Virus record (IMG/VR): IMGVR_UViG_2706796290_000001
Span: 34,171 to 98,170 of that record
Source of the DNA: a virus
Taxonomy: Duplodnaviria; Heunggongvirae; Uroviricota; Caudoviricetes
DNA: 64,000 nucleotides
Direction: 5' to 3' (one strand)
Positions 19,489 through 29,810 of the stretch are shown here, in pieces. Each line of letters starts with the position of its first letter. Positions within the stretch are counted from its first letter, which is position 1. The notes under the pieces were generated by a model. It ran no database searches. It saw only the letters and a list, made by a program, of their open reading frames with translations, and had not been told where the DNA came from. A program made the position numbers and the translations under genes.

Positions 19489-19980
19489 ATGAAAGCGATT
19501 GTTAGTTCATCTTTAAAAGCACAAGAAGTTCGTTCTAAGCGTGAAAACTTAGAGTTTAAATCAAATGGGACTAAGTTGTATCGTTCACTTGAAAAAATGT
19601 TTAAGGTTCGTGATGCACTTGCTGATGCTAAAGCAACTATTGCTGAAGTAACTGGTGAGAAATACATGATCGTTACAGCCGATGAAGCGATCCGTATTTA
19701 TGAAAATAACAAATCATCATTTACAAGTTTTACTTTTGTCAAAATTTCTGATTGCACATTGCGTACAATTTCTACTCGACAAACTGATATTGGTGTGTCT
19801 GGCACTGCTTGTCCAAGTAAAAACAAAGATCAATATAATGTCTTTGATACAAATTTGGCTAAGAAAATGATCAAAGAAGGTCGTAAAGAAGAAGTTGAAA
19901 GTGGTGGTGCATGGCGTTCATTTAACAAGAAATCACTTGTTAGTATGCGACACAATGGTACAACTTATTTGATTGCTTGA
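19489..19980 (+). CDS. Hypothetical protein
   Basis: 163-aa ORF with RBS. Confidence 0.45.
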   Translation: MKAIVSSSLKAQEVRSKRENLEFKSNGTKLYRSLEKMFKVRDALADAKATIAEVTGEKYMIVTADEAIRIYENNKSSFTSFTFVKISDCTLRTISTRQTDIGVSGTACPSKNKDQYNVFDTNLAKKMIKEGRKEEVESGGAWRSFNKKSLVSMRHNGTTYLIA

Positions 19981-19987
19981 GGTATTT

Positions 19988-20257
19988 ATGGACTATTCAA
20001 ACACTAAGTTTCAACTTGCAAAAGAAATAGTGCAAAAATTTAACCTGAATGGTAAAGATTCCGTATTTGTTTGTAACTCAATACAGAAACATATGGATTT
20101 GTATTTTTCAGAAATGCCACAAGTAAAGAAGTTTTCAAGTATGACTGGTTGTCAAGATGTTAGGCAAGCAGTTTATTGCTTAGATATGCACTCTTGGAAT
20201 ACTGGAATGGCCGTAAAATACTTTCAGGAGAATGCTGTAAAGGTAAATTTACAATAG
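19988..20257 (+). CDS. Hypothetical protein
   Basis: ATG at 19988 with GAGG spacer. In frame with the tracked ORF 19973..20257. Confidence 0.4.
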   Translation: MDYSNTKFQLAKEIVQKFNLNGKDSVFVCNSIQKHMDLYFSEMPQVKKFSSMTGCQDVRQAVYCLDMHSWNTGMAVKYFQENAVKVNLQ

Positions 20258-20327
20258 TAATTAAAACTTATAAATTAATTTAACAAGAGTCATCCAATAG
20301 GGTGCTCTTGTTTTTCGTCTTTATAAA

Positions 20328-20627
20328 ATGGAGAAAAAGATGGTATTTGAAATTGGAATTCTTAGAGAAGCTTTGCAAGGTATCAGGAAGGCAAAAATGA
20401 AAGTGAGACTTGACCCGTATATTGGCGAGGAAGAGTGCATCGAAATTCTTGAGGAACTTAATCTTGCAGAGATGGTGCACATGTCTCTCATTGCAACAAT
20501 GTATGAGCAGCAACAAGTTGTGTCTGGAAAAGGAATTATAAAAGGGACTAAGACACCAAAAGAAATTTTAGATCAACTTCGAGAGAAATCACCAGAGGAT
20601 TCTAAAGTAATTTTACCAGATAATTAA
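20328..20627 (+). CDS. Hypothetical protein
   Basis: 99-aa ORF. Confidence 0.4.
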   Translation: MEKKMVFEIGILREALQGIRKAKMKVRLDPYIGEEECIEILEELNLAEMVHMSLIATMYEQQQVVSGKGIIKGTKTPKEILDQLREKSPEDSKVILPDN

Positions 20628-20640
20628 AAGGAGGAAAACT

Positions 20641-22677
20641 GTGCAATATGAAGGATTCAAAATAAAAGGTGGAACTTACCAAAATTTTGATGTGAGTGAT
20701 TTAGATTTTAGCCATGAACACAAAACAACCTGCCCTAAATGTGAATCTAAAGGTAAGGACCGTTCTGGAAATAACTTTCATATTTACTCTCCAGATGAAT
20801 TAGGTAGACCTAGTGGTGGTAAGTGTTGGGCTGCTGGTTGTGGATTCCGTATCTTAAGCGCTGAAATTATCGGTGAGCTAGAGGCTACAGGAAATGGTCA
20901 TGGTAAATATGAGTTAACAGAAGAGGAAAAAGCTGAATTAAAGACACAACAGCTTTTAAGGAAATCTCAAAGGAATAAGGAGAAGGCATTGGAAAAGGCA
21001 TTATCTAGGGAAGATTTTTTGTCGATTTGGCAAAGCACTGGATCTGACCCTAAAGGTTGGAGAGGTTTGACAAAAGAAACCTGTGATGATTTAAAAATCC
21101 GATTCCGATATAATGAGGATGATGGTAAGCCAAACTCAATGTTGGTCCCAACCTTTATGCCTATGGAGGATGGCGCTAAGGCTGTACCAGTGGGTTATAA
21201 GATTCGAGTATTCCCTAAAGACTTCTCTCATTCAGTTGGTGCTTTTGGTAAAGCTACTGATTTGATTGGTATGGCAAAATTCCACAGCCATAACAAAACT
21301 TTAGTGATTACTGCTGGTGAAGTTGACTGGGCTTCAGCTTATCAGATGTACAAGGCTAAGAAACCTGAACGTTATATTCCAGCTATTGTAACCTCACCAC
21401 TGGGTGAAGAGGGAACCTTACAGCACTTCTTGGAGAACCCTAGAAACTACGAGTTCTTCATGCAATTTGATAAGGTTATCTTGTGCTTAGACTCTGATGA
21501 TGCTGGATTAAAGGCTATGGAATCATTTGCCGAGAAGATGCCTAGAGAGAAACTTTGGAAGGTTCAACTACGCTACAAAGATGTAAATGAGTATCTTGTA
21601 CAAGGTAAATACCAAGAATTTGTCGATGATGTTGAGTTTAAGGCCAAACCATGTCATGATTCCTTGATCATTGGTTCTGGTGGTTGGCAAGTTGCCATTA
21701 AGCGTGAAATTAGTGTGGAGAAGTTGCAATTACCTCCAATGTTGTGTAGACTAGAGAAATCTATAAAAGGTGGTTTCCCAATGGGTCGTATTGTAACCAT
21801 TGGTGCAGCAAGTTCTGCTGGTAAAACCACCTTAGTAAACTCAATGATTTATTACTGGTTGGGTTTAAGAACACATAAAATCGGTATTGTATCTTTGGAG
21901 TTAACCTTTGGTCAATACTGTATGGATATGCTGTCACGACATGTTGGTAGAAAAATTGATGCATTTGAGACAGTTAAGGAACAACAAGATTTCTTAAATC
22001 GTCCAGATGTGATCGATGCTGCAAATGATTTCTTCTACAATGAAGATGGAAGTGATAGATTCTGGGTGGTTGATAACCGAGATTCAAACATTGCAGAGAT
22101 TCAACGCCTGTGTGAACAGATGGTTATCCAACATGGAATTAATGTTCTTATCTTAGACCCAGTTTCAGACTTAACACAAAAACTTGATAAGGAAAAACAA
22201 GTTGAGTTTGCTTCTTGGCAAAAGAGCTTTGTTAAGAAACATAATGTCTTGATGATTCAAATTTCACACGTTCGTAAAACAGGAAATGGTCAAAAGAGTT
22301 ATGCTGAAGGTGCTGTCCCTACAGAAGATGACTTGATCGGTTCATATGCTGTTGGTTCATCTAGTGCGTGTACCATTATGCTTGCACGTAATAAGATGAG
22401 TGATAACCCACGTGTACGTAATACTACAGGTGTTTATGTTCCGAAGTGTCGTTGGAGTCCAGTTACAGGTCACTTAGATGATATTTACTACGATCTAGAG
22501 ACACACCGATTGCACAATCTAGAGCAATGGGATTTAGGTATTGTCGATACTGGACAGAAGCTCTTGTTAGATGAAGACTTAGATACAAAAGGTGATGATC
22601 AAGATCATGTTTGTGCTGATGAACAGGAATCTGTATATGCATCATCAAGTGACGTAACTCAATTGTTTAGTGAGTAG
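20641..22677 (+). CDS. Primase-helicase (zinc ribbon + TOPRIM primase + DnaB/gp4-type helicase)
   Basis: GTG start 6 nt after AAGGAGG. CPKC...C-x2-C zinc ribbon. Walker A GAASSAGKTT, motifs LILDPVSD and ISHVRK. Confidence 0.85.
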   Translation: MQYEGFKIKGGTYQNFDVSDLDFSHEHKTTCPKCESKGKDRSGNNFHIYSPDELGRPSGGKCWAAGCGFRILSAEIIGELEATGNGHGKYELTEEEKAELKTQQLLRKSQRNKEKALEKALSREDFLSIWQSTGSDPKGWRGLTKETCDDLKIRFRYNEDDGKPNSMLVPTFMPMEDGAKAVPVGYKIRVFPKDFSHSVGAFGKATDLIGMAKFHSHNKTLVITAGEVDWASAYQMYKAKKPERYIPAIVTSPLGEEGTLQHFLENPRNYEFFMQFDKVILCLDSDDAGLKAMESFAEKMPREKLWKVQLRYKDVNEYLVQGKYQEFVDDVEFKAKPCHDSLIIGSGGWQVAIKREISVEKLQLPPMLCRLEKSIKGGFPMGRIVTIGAASSAGKTTLVNSMIYYWLGLRTHKIGIVSLELTFGQYCMDMLSRHVGRKIDAFETVKEQQDFLNRPDVIDAANDFFYNEDGSDRFWVVDNRDSNIAEIQRLCEQMVIQHGINVLILDPVSDLTQKLDKEKQVEFASWQKSFVKKHNVLMIQISHVRKTGNGQKSYAEGAVPTEDDLIGSYAVGSSSACTIMLARNKMSDNPRVRNTTGVYVPKCRWSPVTGHLDDIYYDLETHRLHNLEQWDLGIVDTGQKLLLDEDLDTKGDDQDHVCADEQESVYASSSDVTQLFSE

Positions 22678-22717
22678 TTAAATGCATATTTATTAAAGGA
22701 TTAATTAGGAGGTAATT

Positions 22718-25222
22718 TTGACAGACCAAAAGAAATATCACGTTTTTGCAGCCGACTTGGAAAGTACAGGTTTGCTTCATCATCTTGAAGAGCAGGGTGA
22801 GAATGCCCGATTACACAACTTTGGTCTGTTATCTACCAAAAGTGATTCTTATGCCATTCTACATCCAATGGAACAAGGTGACCGTGAGAAACTTCAAAAG
22901 GTTTTAGATCGTGAAGATACTGTTTTGGTTATCCATAATGGTATCTGCTATGATATAGAAGCTTTAAAACATTTTAAATTTGATACTTCAAAAGTTAAAG
23001 TAATTGATACTTTATATCTTGCTTGGTACTTAGATTTCTTTAAGGAAGGTCGTTATGGCTTAGAGGCTTATGGTGAGTTGTTAGGCTTTCCTAAGCCACC
23101 TATTGAAGACTGGGAGAATCTAACTCAAGAGGATTATGACCACCGTGTTTATGGGGATATTAAAATCCAGAAAGCACTTTGGTTAAAGCTTTGTAAGCAG
23201 TTTGCAGAACTGTACAACATTCCAAATGATGAGTACATGGAGTCCCGTGTCATTGATCATTATGCAATGAAGTACATTATGTGGAAGGGTGAACAGATGC
23301 GTATTCAACAAGAGAATATGTGGAAGTTCGACTATGAAAAAGCTGCACCAATGCTTAAGAAGATTGAGTTTCAAATCAATGAAAAGATTGAAGCTCTCAC
23401 AAGTGTAATGCCGAAGGTTCCAGTCTATGCAACAAGAAAGCGTCCAGCTAAACCTTTCAAGCAAAATGGGGAGTTGAGTGCTACTGGTTTAAAATGGAAG
23501 GAACTCACAGAGGAAATGAACCTGCCTTTTGAACATGCTGATGAAATCCGAATGATTACTAAGTATAATCCACCAAACCCAGCTTCACCAGCACAGGTTA
23601 AGGATTGGCTGTTTGATTTAGGGTGGGTGCCACAAACCTACGAGTTTAAGAAAGATGATAGTGGTGAAAGGAAAATCCCTCAGATTTATGTAAAAGGATC
23701 TGGTGGTGAGGTTTGCCCATCTGTACAAGAGCTTGCAGAGCGATACCCAGAGGTTGGTCACTTGGTTGGCCTTGGTGTGTTAAAGCACCGAAAAGGAATG
23801 GTAGCTAACTGGCTCAACAACCATAGAAATGGATACCTAACAGCCCGTGCTGCTGGGTTCACTAACACCTTACGCTTGAAGCATGCAGAGTTGGTAAATA
23901 TCCCTTCAGGTCGTGTTTTCTTGGGTTCGCAAGTACGTGCACTATTAACGGTGCGTGATGATGCTAACATTTTGTTAGGTTCAGACTTGAGTTCTTTAGA
24001 AAACCGATTGAAGTTCCACTTCCAGATGCCTCTTGACCCTGACTATGTTAAGGCCCAGATGTCTAAAGACTTCGATCCTCACTTATCCCTAGCTCTTCTT
24101 GCTGGACTACTCACAGAGGATGAAGTCAACTTCTACAAGATAGAAGAAAAAGGCTTTGACATGCCTGATGAAGTGTACACTGATGATCTCAAGGAGATGC
24201 TTGCTAAGAGTGATGATTGGAAGCATACTGAATTAGCTCGTATTGAGAAGATACGTGGTATGGGTAAAGCTGGTAACTATGCTTGTTTGCCAATGGATAC
24301 TCAAGTTGCAATTATTGATACAAATAATTTTGGTTATGTGAAGTACGTCACATTTGATGATTTAAAAGATACGGACCGAATTGTTCAGTATTGGTCTGAT
24401 TCTGGAGAATATACAGCAAGTCCTTATAAGTACAAACACTTCTATAAGGATGCAGAGGTTGTGACTGTAAAAATTAAACCTGATGGGATTGTGACATTTA
24501 AATGCACTATGAACCACCGTTGGTTGGTGAGGTTTGATAATGGTCGTGAAGGTTTTGCTGAACTTTCAGATATCATTTCAAATAACTACGAAATGAATTA
24601 TGCTGGCGTGTGGGTAAAGGGTTCCGACTTAGAAATTATAGAAGTTACAAAAGAGGACGTTTTTTGTTTAACTACTGAAAGTTCATCATTCTTGATTAAA
24701 CAGGGTAGGTATTATTCGATTACTGGTAACTGTCAGTATGGCGCTGGAGCTAAAACTGTGGCACGTACAGCGAAGGTATCTTTAGATGTTGGTCAACAGA
24801 TTGTTGAAGGTTATCGAATGATGAATTGGTCCATTGATGTTATTGCTTCTAATACATCAATTAAAAAGACATCCTTTGGTGATTTCCAGTTAAACCCAAT
24901 CAATAAGATGTACTATCCTCTCAAGACAGCTAAGGATAGATTCTCAACATTAATTCAAGGTAGTGGTGCCTATGTACTTGATCTTTGGTTGATGTTTATT
25001 TTTAAACGCTTGAAGTTAGCTCATCAAGTTGGTATTATGAAGGATGTTAAACTTCTAGGACAATTTCATGATGAAATAATCTTAGAATTCAATGAGTTAC
25101 AGAAAGCAGAAGTTGAAAAGTTGGTTAATGACGCTATGGGTGATGTTAATAACGCTTTAAAACTTCATGTAGATTTAGCATGTGATATCAAGTTTGGTAA
25201 AAACTATTCAGATATTCACTAA
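22718..25222 (+). CDS. Family A (T7-like) DNA polymerase with 3'-5' exonuclease domain, interrupted by a mini-intein
   Basis: Exo I FAADLESTG. Motif A-like LLGSDLSSLENR. Motif C QFHDEI. Motif B K..NYA|CQYGAG is split by the intein. TTG start after AGGAGG. Confidence 0.85.
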   Translation: MTDQKKYHVFAADLESTGLLHHLEEQGENARLHNFGLLSTKSDSYAILHPMEQGDREKLQKVLDREDTVLVIHNGICYDIEALKHFKFDTSKVKVIDTLYLAWYLDFFKEGRYGLEAYGELLGFPKPPIEDWENLTQEDYDHRVYGDIKIQKALWLKLCKQFAELYNIPNDEYMESRVIDHYAMKYIMWKGEQMRIQQENMWKFDYEKAAPMLKKIEFQINEKIEALTSVMPKVPVYATRKRPAKPFKQNGELSATGLKWKELTEEMNLPFEHADEIRMITKYNPPNPASPAQVKDWLFDLGWVPQTYEFKKDDSGERKIPQIYVKGSGGEVCPSVQELAERYPEVGHLVGLGVLKHRKGMVANWLNNHRNGYLTARAAGFTNTLRLKHAELVNIPSGRVFLGSQVRALLTVRDDANILLGSDLSSLENRLKFHFQMPLDPDYVKAQMSKDFDPHLSLALLAGLLTEDEVNFYKIEEKGFDMPDEVYTDDLKEMLAKSDDWKHTELARIEKIRGMGKAGNYACLPMDTQVAIIDTNNFGYVKYVTFDDLKDTDRIVQYWSDSGEYTASPYKYKHFYKDAEVVTVKIKPDGIVTFKCTMNHRWLVRFDNGREGFAELSDIISNNYEMNYAGVWVKGSDLEIIEVTKEDVFCLTTESSSFLIKQGRYYSITGNCQYGAGAKTVARTAKVSLDVGQQIVEGYRMMNWSIDVIASNTSIKKTSFGDFQLNPINKMYYPLKTAKDRFSTLIQGSGAYVLDLWLMFIFKRLKLAHQVGIMKDVKLLGQFHDEIILEFNELQKAEVEKLVNDAMGDVNNALKLHVDLACDIKFGKNYSDIH
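24284..24730 (+). mobile_element. Mini-intein (149 aa, no endonuclease domain) in DNA polymerase motif B
   Basis: Begins CLPMDTQVAI. Block B CTMNHRW (TxxH). Ends ...YYSITGN before C+1. Splicing restores KAGNYA-CQYGAG. Boundaries verified on nucleotides. Confidence 0.75.
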
Positions 25223-25227
25223 AGTTG

Positions 25228-25264
25228 TTGACATGGTGTTATTGTTGTTATACATTAGCACCAT
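25228..25264 (+). promoter_or_regulatory. Promoter with overlapping inverted-repeat operator
   Basis: TTGACA 25228-33, N17, TACATT 25251-56. Inverted repeat ATGGTGTT (25233-40) and AGCACCAT (25257-64). Confidence 0.5.
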
Positions 25265-25293
25265 AACTTAGTTAAAGCTTAAAAGGAGCTTAT

Positions 25294-26553
25294 ATGTATA
25301 ACGTAAGTGGTAATACTTATCGTCCGTGTAACACCAGTGTTCAGCAAGAAAAATTAGAGATTGCAACTTATAAGATTGGATTGGATGATTTTGGTTACAA
25401 GCTTATACGTGTTGAAAACATGAAGTTACCTGAAAAGGTTTATGGAAGTAACACGGAGATTAGTGAAAAGATTATTCGTCTTTTTGAAGATAATGTTGGT
25501 GAGACAAGTGGTGTAATGCTTAGTGGTTTCAAAGGAACTGGTAAGACATTGACAGCAATTGAGTCATGTCAACTTGCGATTTCTAAAGGTTATCCAGTGT
25601 TGTTGCTTCAAGATAAACAATATGGCCCAAATTTCAACTCGTTTTTAGAAAGTATTAAACAGCCTTGTGTTGTATTTATCGATGAATTTGAAAAGCTTTT
25701 TGATGACAATGAATCTATGAAGTCAACTATTATGTTGCTTGATGGTGCAATTAAGTCTCATAAACTTTTCTTGTTGACTTCAAATACTGCTCTTGGAAAC
25801 CGTAGTAACTTAGAGTTTTTGCACAACCGACCAAGCCGTGTATTTTATTGCTTTGAATATGGTGGTCTTGAAGATGAAGTTGTGGTTGAATACTGTGAGG
25901 ATAAGCTGGAAGAAAAATCCTACTTGTCTGAAATCTTAGCATTCAAGCGCTGCTTCAAAACCTTCTCTATTGATATCTTGAAGGCAATTGTTTCAGAGTT
26001 GAATCGATACAAAGGTCAACCTTTTTATTTGGTTATGCAACACCTGAATGTAACACCTGACCGTACAGTTAAAGATTATGACTTTAATGTTGAATTAAAT
26101 GTATTTGGACAGAAGTTTGACGCACGTAAAGTTGTTCAACGTGATTATTCATATCGATTAGGTTCTTACCAGTTGAATGAAATTTTGAATGATGGTGATA
26201 GTACAGTAATTAGATTTACAATCCCTACTGATGGCATTGATGGGAAGGCTTTGGAAGATGCTTTACGATCTTGTGGTCATTTATTTGATGAAAATGAAAC
26301 ACCAATCTCTAAAGAAGAGCAAGAAGAATTAACTCGACAAGGTGTTGAGTGGATGAAATCACGAGAGCTTCGTATGAAGGTGACAGATTATGATCTCACT
26401 ATTAATTTGCGATTGGATTCTCATTCAGAGGTTTCTAATGTAACACAAGATGAAAAAACTCGTGCAATTACATTCCAGCTTGCTGATGGTGTGACACTGA
26501 CATATACACCAATTTTAGTCGGTATGAAATCGGTTCAGAAGTTCTACATCTAA
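25294..26553 (+). CDS. AAA+ family ATPase
   Basis: Walker A GFKGTGKT, Walker B VVFIDEFE. 419 aa. Confidence 0.55.
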   Translation: MYNVSGNTYRPCNTSVQQEKLEIATYKIGLDDFGYKLIRVENMKLPEKVYGSNTEISEKIIRLFEDNVGETSGVMLSGFKGTGKTLTAIESCQLAISKGYPVLLLQDKQYGPNFNSFLESIKQPCVVFIDEFEKLFDDNESMKSTIMLLDGAIKSHKLFLLTSNTALGNRSNLEFLHNRPSRVFYCFEYGGLEDEVVVEYCEDKLEEKSYLSEILAFKRCFKTFSIDILKAIVSELNRYKGQPFYLVMQHLNVTPDRTVKDYDFNVELNVFGQKFDARKVVQRDYSYRLGSYQLNEILNDGDSTVIRFTIPTDGIDGKALEDALRSCGHLFDENETPISKEEQEELTRQGVEWMKSRELRMKVTDYDLTINLRLDSHSEVSNVTQDEKTRAITFQLADGVTLTYTPILVGMKSVQKFYI

Positions 26554-26561
26554 TTTTTAAA

Positions 26562-26585
26562 GAGACCTTTATGGGTCTCACTTTT
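26562..26585 (+). terminator. Rho-independent terminator
   Basis: GAGACC-TTTATG-GGTCTC followed by ACTTTTT. Confidence 0.55.
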
Positions 26586-26595
26586 TGGAGGTTGT

Positions 26596-26832
26596 ATGAG
26601 AGATTTTTTAGGTGATACTTTAGAGGTTGGTGATAATGTTGTTTTTCTCAAAACACCTATTGTTGGTGAACACACTTTCTGCATAGGAAAAGTTGCAAAG
26701 ATTTCTAAAAAGAAAGTCTTTGTTGAATTTAAAAGAGATTGGGGTGATAAAGAAGTTTTTTGGGATTGTTGGCGATACCCTGAACAACTTATCAAAACAA
26801 ATGTGGAGTTTATTGAAGATGAAAAGCATTAA
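26596..26832 (+). CDS. Small KOW/SH3-like protein
   Basis: 78 aa with VGDNVVFL...IGKVAKI pattern. Confidence 0.4.
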   Translation: MRDFLGDTLEVGDNVVFLKTPIVGEHTFCIGKVAKISKKKVFVEFKRDWGDKEVFWDCWRYPEQLIKTNVEFIEDEKH

Positions 26833-27058
26833 TGGTTATGAACTGAAGGTTGGTCAATTGGTTATCTGTGCAGAACAGAAGACAGCAGATTTCTTTCATG
26901 GTAAAATTACACAGATCAACGAAAAGACTGTTATTGTGGAAACACATAGGGAAAACTACAAGTACCACAAATACTCTAAACCAGTGACTGGCTATGTAAC
27001 TCACCCAAGACGACCTGAACAAGTATTTGTTTTAGGAAGCCCTAAAGAATTGAATTAA
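26822..27058 (+). CDS. Small KOW/SH3-like protein
   Basis: ATG at 26822 overlaps the upstream stop. LKVGQLVICAE...GKITQI pattern. Confidence 0.4.
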   Translation, partial: KSINGYELKVGQLVICAEQKTADFFHGKITQINEKTVIVETHRENYKYHKYSKPVTGYVTHPRRPEQVFVLGSPKELN

Positions 27059-27087
27059 AAATTCTTTAAAATATTTTATAAAAGTAG

Positions 27088-27125
27088 TTGACATGGTGTT
27101 TTAATTATGATTTAATTAGCACCAT
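27088..27125 (+). promoter_or_regulatory. Promoter with the same inverted-repeat operator as at 25228
   Basis: TTGACATGGTGTT ... TTAGCACCATAA. Inverted-repeat arms at 27093-27100 and 27118-27125. Confidence 0.45.
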
Positions 27126-27314
27126 AAATTAATAATCAATATATTACCTACCTTAGATGTGCAACACATCATATTTTTAGGAAGCCTCTAGGCAAGCCAG
27201 AAAGAAAAATGGAGAAGACAAGTTTTATTTAAGTCAGGACGACTATAATTAAGCGACTTTACGTCTTTTTCGCAAAACATATCTTAAAAGTATTTACTAA
27301 AAGGAGTTTACTAA

Positions 27315-27974
27315 ATGGCTAATACAAGTCTAGTTGATGGTGTTGTTTTATTTAATTCTTTAAAAAACCCAAAGTTTAAATTCGAAAGTCAAACTCGCCG
27401 AGAGTTTACAATTGATTTAGTTGTGAGTAAGAAAGATGCTATTGCTTGGAATAAACGTTTCAAGAAACAGCAAGCTGAAATTATTGACAACCAAGACTTT
27501 GTGGCAAAGTTTGAGATGGAAGTACCGTTCCCTGAACAAGATGAACAGTACAAAATCAAAGTAAAACGCCCAGCAGACTATGAAGAAAAAGATCCAACAA
27601 CCCTTCAGAAAACTGGTCGAATCTTACCAATTCCAGATAAGTATCGCCCTCGTGTTCTACAGTTGGTTGACCCAGAAACACGTAAATGTGTTGATATCAC
27701 CTTCAAGGATTTTGGTGTAGGTCGTGGATCTAAAGTAACCGTTCAGTATGAAGAACGTGATAATGGTTCTTTTGGGACTACAGCACGTTTATCTAACGTT
27801 CGTGTTAACGAGTTGGTGAAGTTTGAGACAGGAAACTCATTTGATCAACTTGGTGAGGTGGAAGAGGTTATGGAAAACCCTTACGCACAAAAAGCAACTC
27901 CAGCGCCAGCAGCTAATGAAGGCGGTGCCACTGGTGGTGACCCAAGCCAATCAGAAGTTGAAGATCTCTTTTAA
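27315..27974 (+). CDS. Single-stranded DNA-binding protein (T7 gp2.5-like) with acidic C-terminal tail ending in Phe
   Basis: 219 aa. C-terminus DPSQSEVEDLF. OB-fold-sized N-terminal part. Sits in the replication cluster. Confidence 0.5.
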   Translation: MANTSLVDGVVLFNSLKNPKFKFESQTRREFTIDLVVSKKDAIAWNKRFKKQQAEIIDNQDFVAKFEMEVPFPEQDEQYKIKVKRPADYEEKDPTTLQKTGRILPIPDKYRPRVLQLVDPETRKCVDITFKDFGVGRGSKVTVQYEERDNGSFGTTARLSNVRVNELVKFETGNSFDQLGEVEEVMENPYAQKATPAPAANEGGATGGDPSQSEVEDLF

Positions 27975-27988
27975 TTGGTGAGGTAGAT

Positions 27989-28534
27989 ATGAGTGCAAGA
28001 AATCCGAAAAGGAAAGTTTATAAAACAAACCCAAAAATAACAATTTCTGTAGAGAAGGACCTTCGTTGGAGAGATGTTAAGGATATGGTTTTTGATTCGA
28101 TAGAACAGGGAGTTCCTTCGGATTTTGAATCTAAAAAACTTGCACAACTATCTATCAAGTTACTAGCTGAGAAACAAGGATGTTCTCAGTTAAACTTGAG
28201 TTTTTATCCAGTTGTTCGTAGTACCCTTGAACATTTAACCCCTGATGAACTTAGAAAGATAGCCATTCAGTGTATTGTGAAATGTACTGAGACAGAAGAA
28301 ACCAGTGAGAACATTGTACCTATTGCTAATAAGGTTGGTGTTATTTATGGTCGATTCTTTGATTATCGCTATAAGGGCAAACCTTATGTGGTATCTAAGC
28401 AAGCTGATCTTTTAGAAGAAGAAGTGGGTGTTGCTAATTTACCTAAAGATGGTGATCTGGAAGAAAACCAACTGGAGGAAGATGAGCAGTATGACATCAT
28501 GGGGGCATTAGGACATATCCCTATAGATTTGTAG
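27989..28534 (+). CDS. Hypothetical protein, acidic C-terminus
   Basis: 181-aa ORF. Confidence 0.4.
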   Translation: MSARNPKRKVYKTNPKITISVEKDLRWRDVKDMVFDSIEQGVPSDFESKKLAQLSIKLLAEKQGCSQLNLSFYPVVRSTLEHLTPDELRKIAIQCIVKCTETEETSENIVPIANKVGVIYGRFFDYRYKGKPYVVSKQADLLEEEVGVANLPKDGDLEENQLEEDEQYDIMGALGHIPIDL

Positions 28535-28574
28535 TTCATAGGTTTTTACAAGGAATTTGCATAAGGAGTTGTGC

Positions 28575-29810
28575 ATGAGTAAGTATGATGGAATTGGTGA
28601 GAAGTTGCCAATTGTCACGGACTTAGGTGTTATTGAATATGAATTACCAGTTTATAGCTCTAAGGATGTTGTTGCAGTTTTTGACTTAGACTTTATTGTG
28701 TACTCTTCTGCATGTATGGCTGATCACACATCAATTAAGGTGACATCGAAAAAGAAAGGTGTTGTCAAGTACTTCAAAAGTAGGACTGAATTTAATGAAT
28801 TGCTGAGAGGGTTTAATGAAAAAAACCCTGATGGTAAACTCACTAAAGCGGATTTTATTATTGAAGATATTGTTGTTCCCCAGCCTGTATCACATGCCTT
28901 AAGAAGTATTAAAGCACGAATTCAAGGTATTATGGAAGTACTTGGTGCAAATAAAGCTGAGTATTATGTTGGTGGTGAGAATAATTTCAGGATGAGATTG
29001 CCATTGCCAGTACCATACAAAGGTAACCGAAAGGAAATGCGGAAGCCTACTCATTTAGCAGAAAGTAAAAAGTATGCTATTGAGGTTATTGGTGCCAAGA
29101 GTGTCTATGGTAGGGAAGCTGACGATGTGGTAACACAACGGGCCGTTCAGATTAGAAAGCAAGGAGCTAAAGCTATTCTGATTGGCGAGGATAAAGATGC
29201 TTATGGCACATTTAATATCTACACTTATAACCCTAAAAAGGATTTTGAGCCTTTCTTCATAGGTGAATCCCCTTCTGTTTGGAGCACAAGTTTCATTGGT
29301 CACATAGACACAATTGAAAAGGTATCCATAGATAAGAATACAGGGAAAGAAAAAGTCACTTATGATTATAAAGGTTGTGGCCTAGCATGGAAATGCTATC
29401 AGATTGCCACAGGGGATGATGCAGATGGTTACCACTTTTTAGATATTGCCAAGAGATTGTATTGTGATAAACATGGAGTCAGTCTGATGGCAGCAGCTAA
29501 GAAGATTCAACTCGATAGGGTAGGTTTAGTGGAAAAACTAAACAATGCCAAGGAAGAAAAAGAGTTGTGGGAAATTCTCTTAGAGCATTCAAAAAAATAT
29601 TATGGGGAAGAACCTTTCGAATATACAGACCACAATGGTATTAAACACACAACAGATTATATAGGTGTTCTTAACTTATACTATCACTGTGTGCATATGC
29701 GGTTGTCAGTCGCTGATGACAATACCTTCTACACCATCTTGAGAAAACATGGATTGTATGATGGTGCGTTTAATCCAGAAGTTGAGTATTGTTATTTGTT
29801 CGAAAAGTAA
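28575..29810 (+). CDS. 5'-3' exonuclease / flap endonuclease
   Basis: G-x-EADDVV motif (SVYGREADDVVTQ). N-terminal acidic cluster AVFDLDF. ATG at 28575 lies 7 nt after AAGGAG. Confidence 0.6.
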   Translation: MSKYDGIGEKLPIVTDLGVIEYELPVYSSKDVVAVFDLDFIVYSSACMADHTSIKVTSKKKGVVKYFKSRTEFNELLRGFNEKNPDGKLTKADFIIEDIVVPQPVSHALRSIKARIQGIMEVLGANKAEYYVGGENNFRMRLPLPVPYKGNRKEMRKPTHLAESKKYAIEVIGAKSVYGREADDVVTQRAVQIRKQGAKAILIGEDKDAYGTFNIYTYNPKKDFEPFFIGESPSVWSTSFIGHIDTIEKVSIDKNTGKEKVTYDYKGCGLAWKCYQIATGDDADGYHFLDIAKRLYCDKHGVSLMAAAKKIQLDRVGLVEKLNNAKEEKELWEILLEHSKKYYGEEPFEYTDHNGIKHTTDYIGVLNLYYHCVHMRLSVADDNTFYTILRKHGLYDGAFNPEVEYCYLFEK

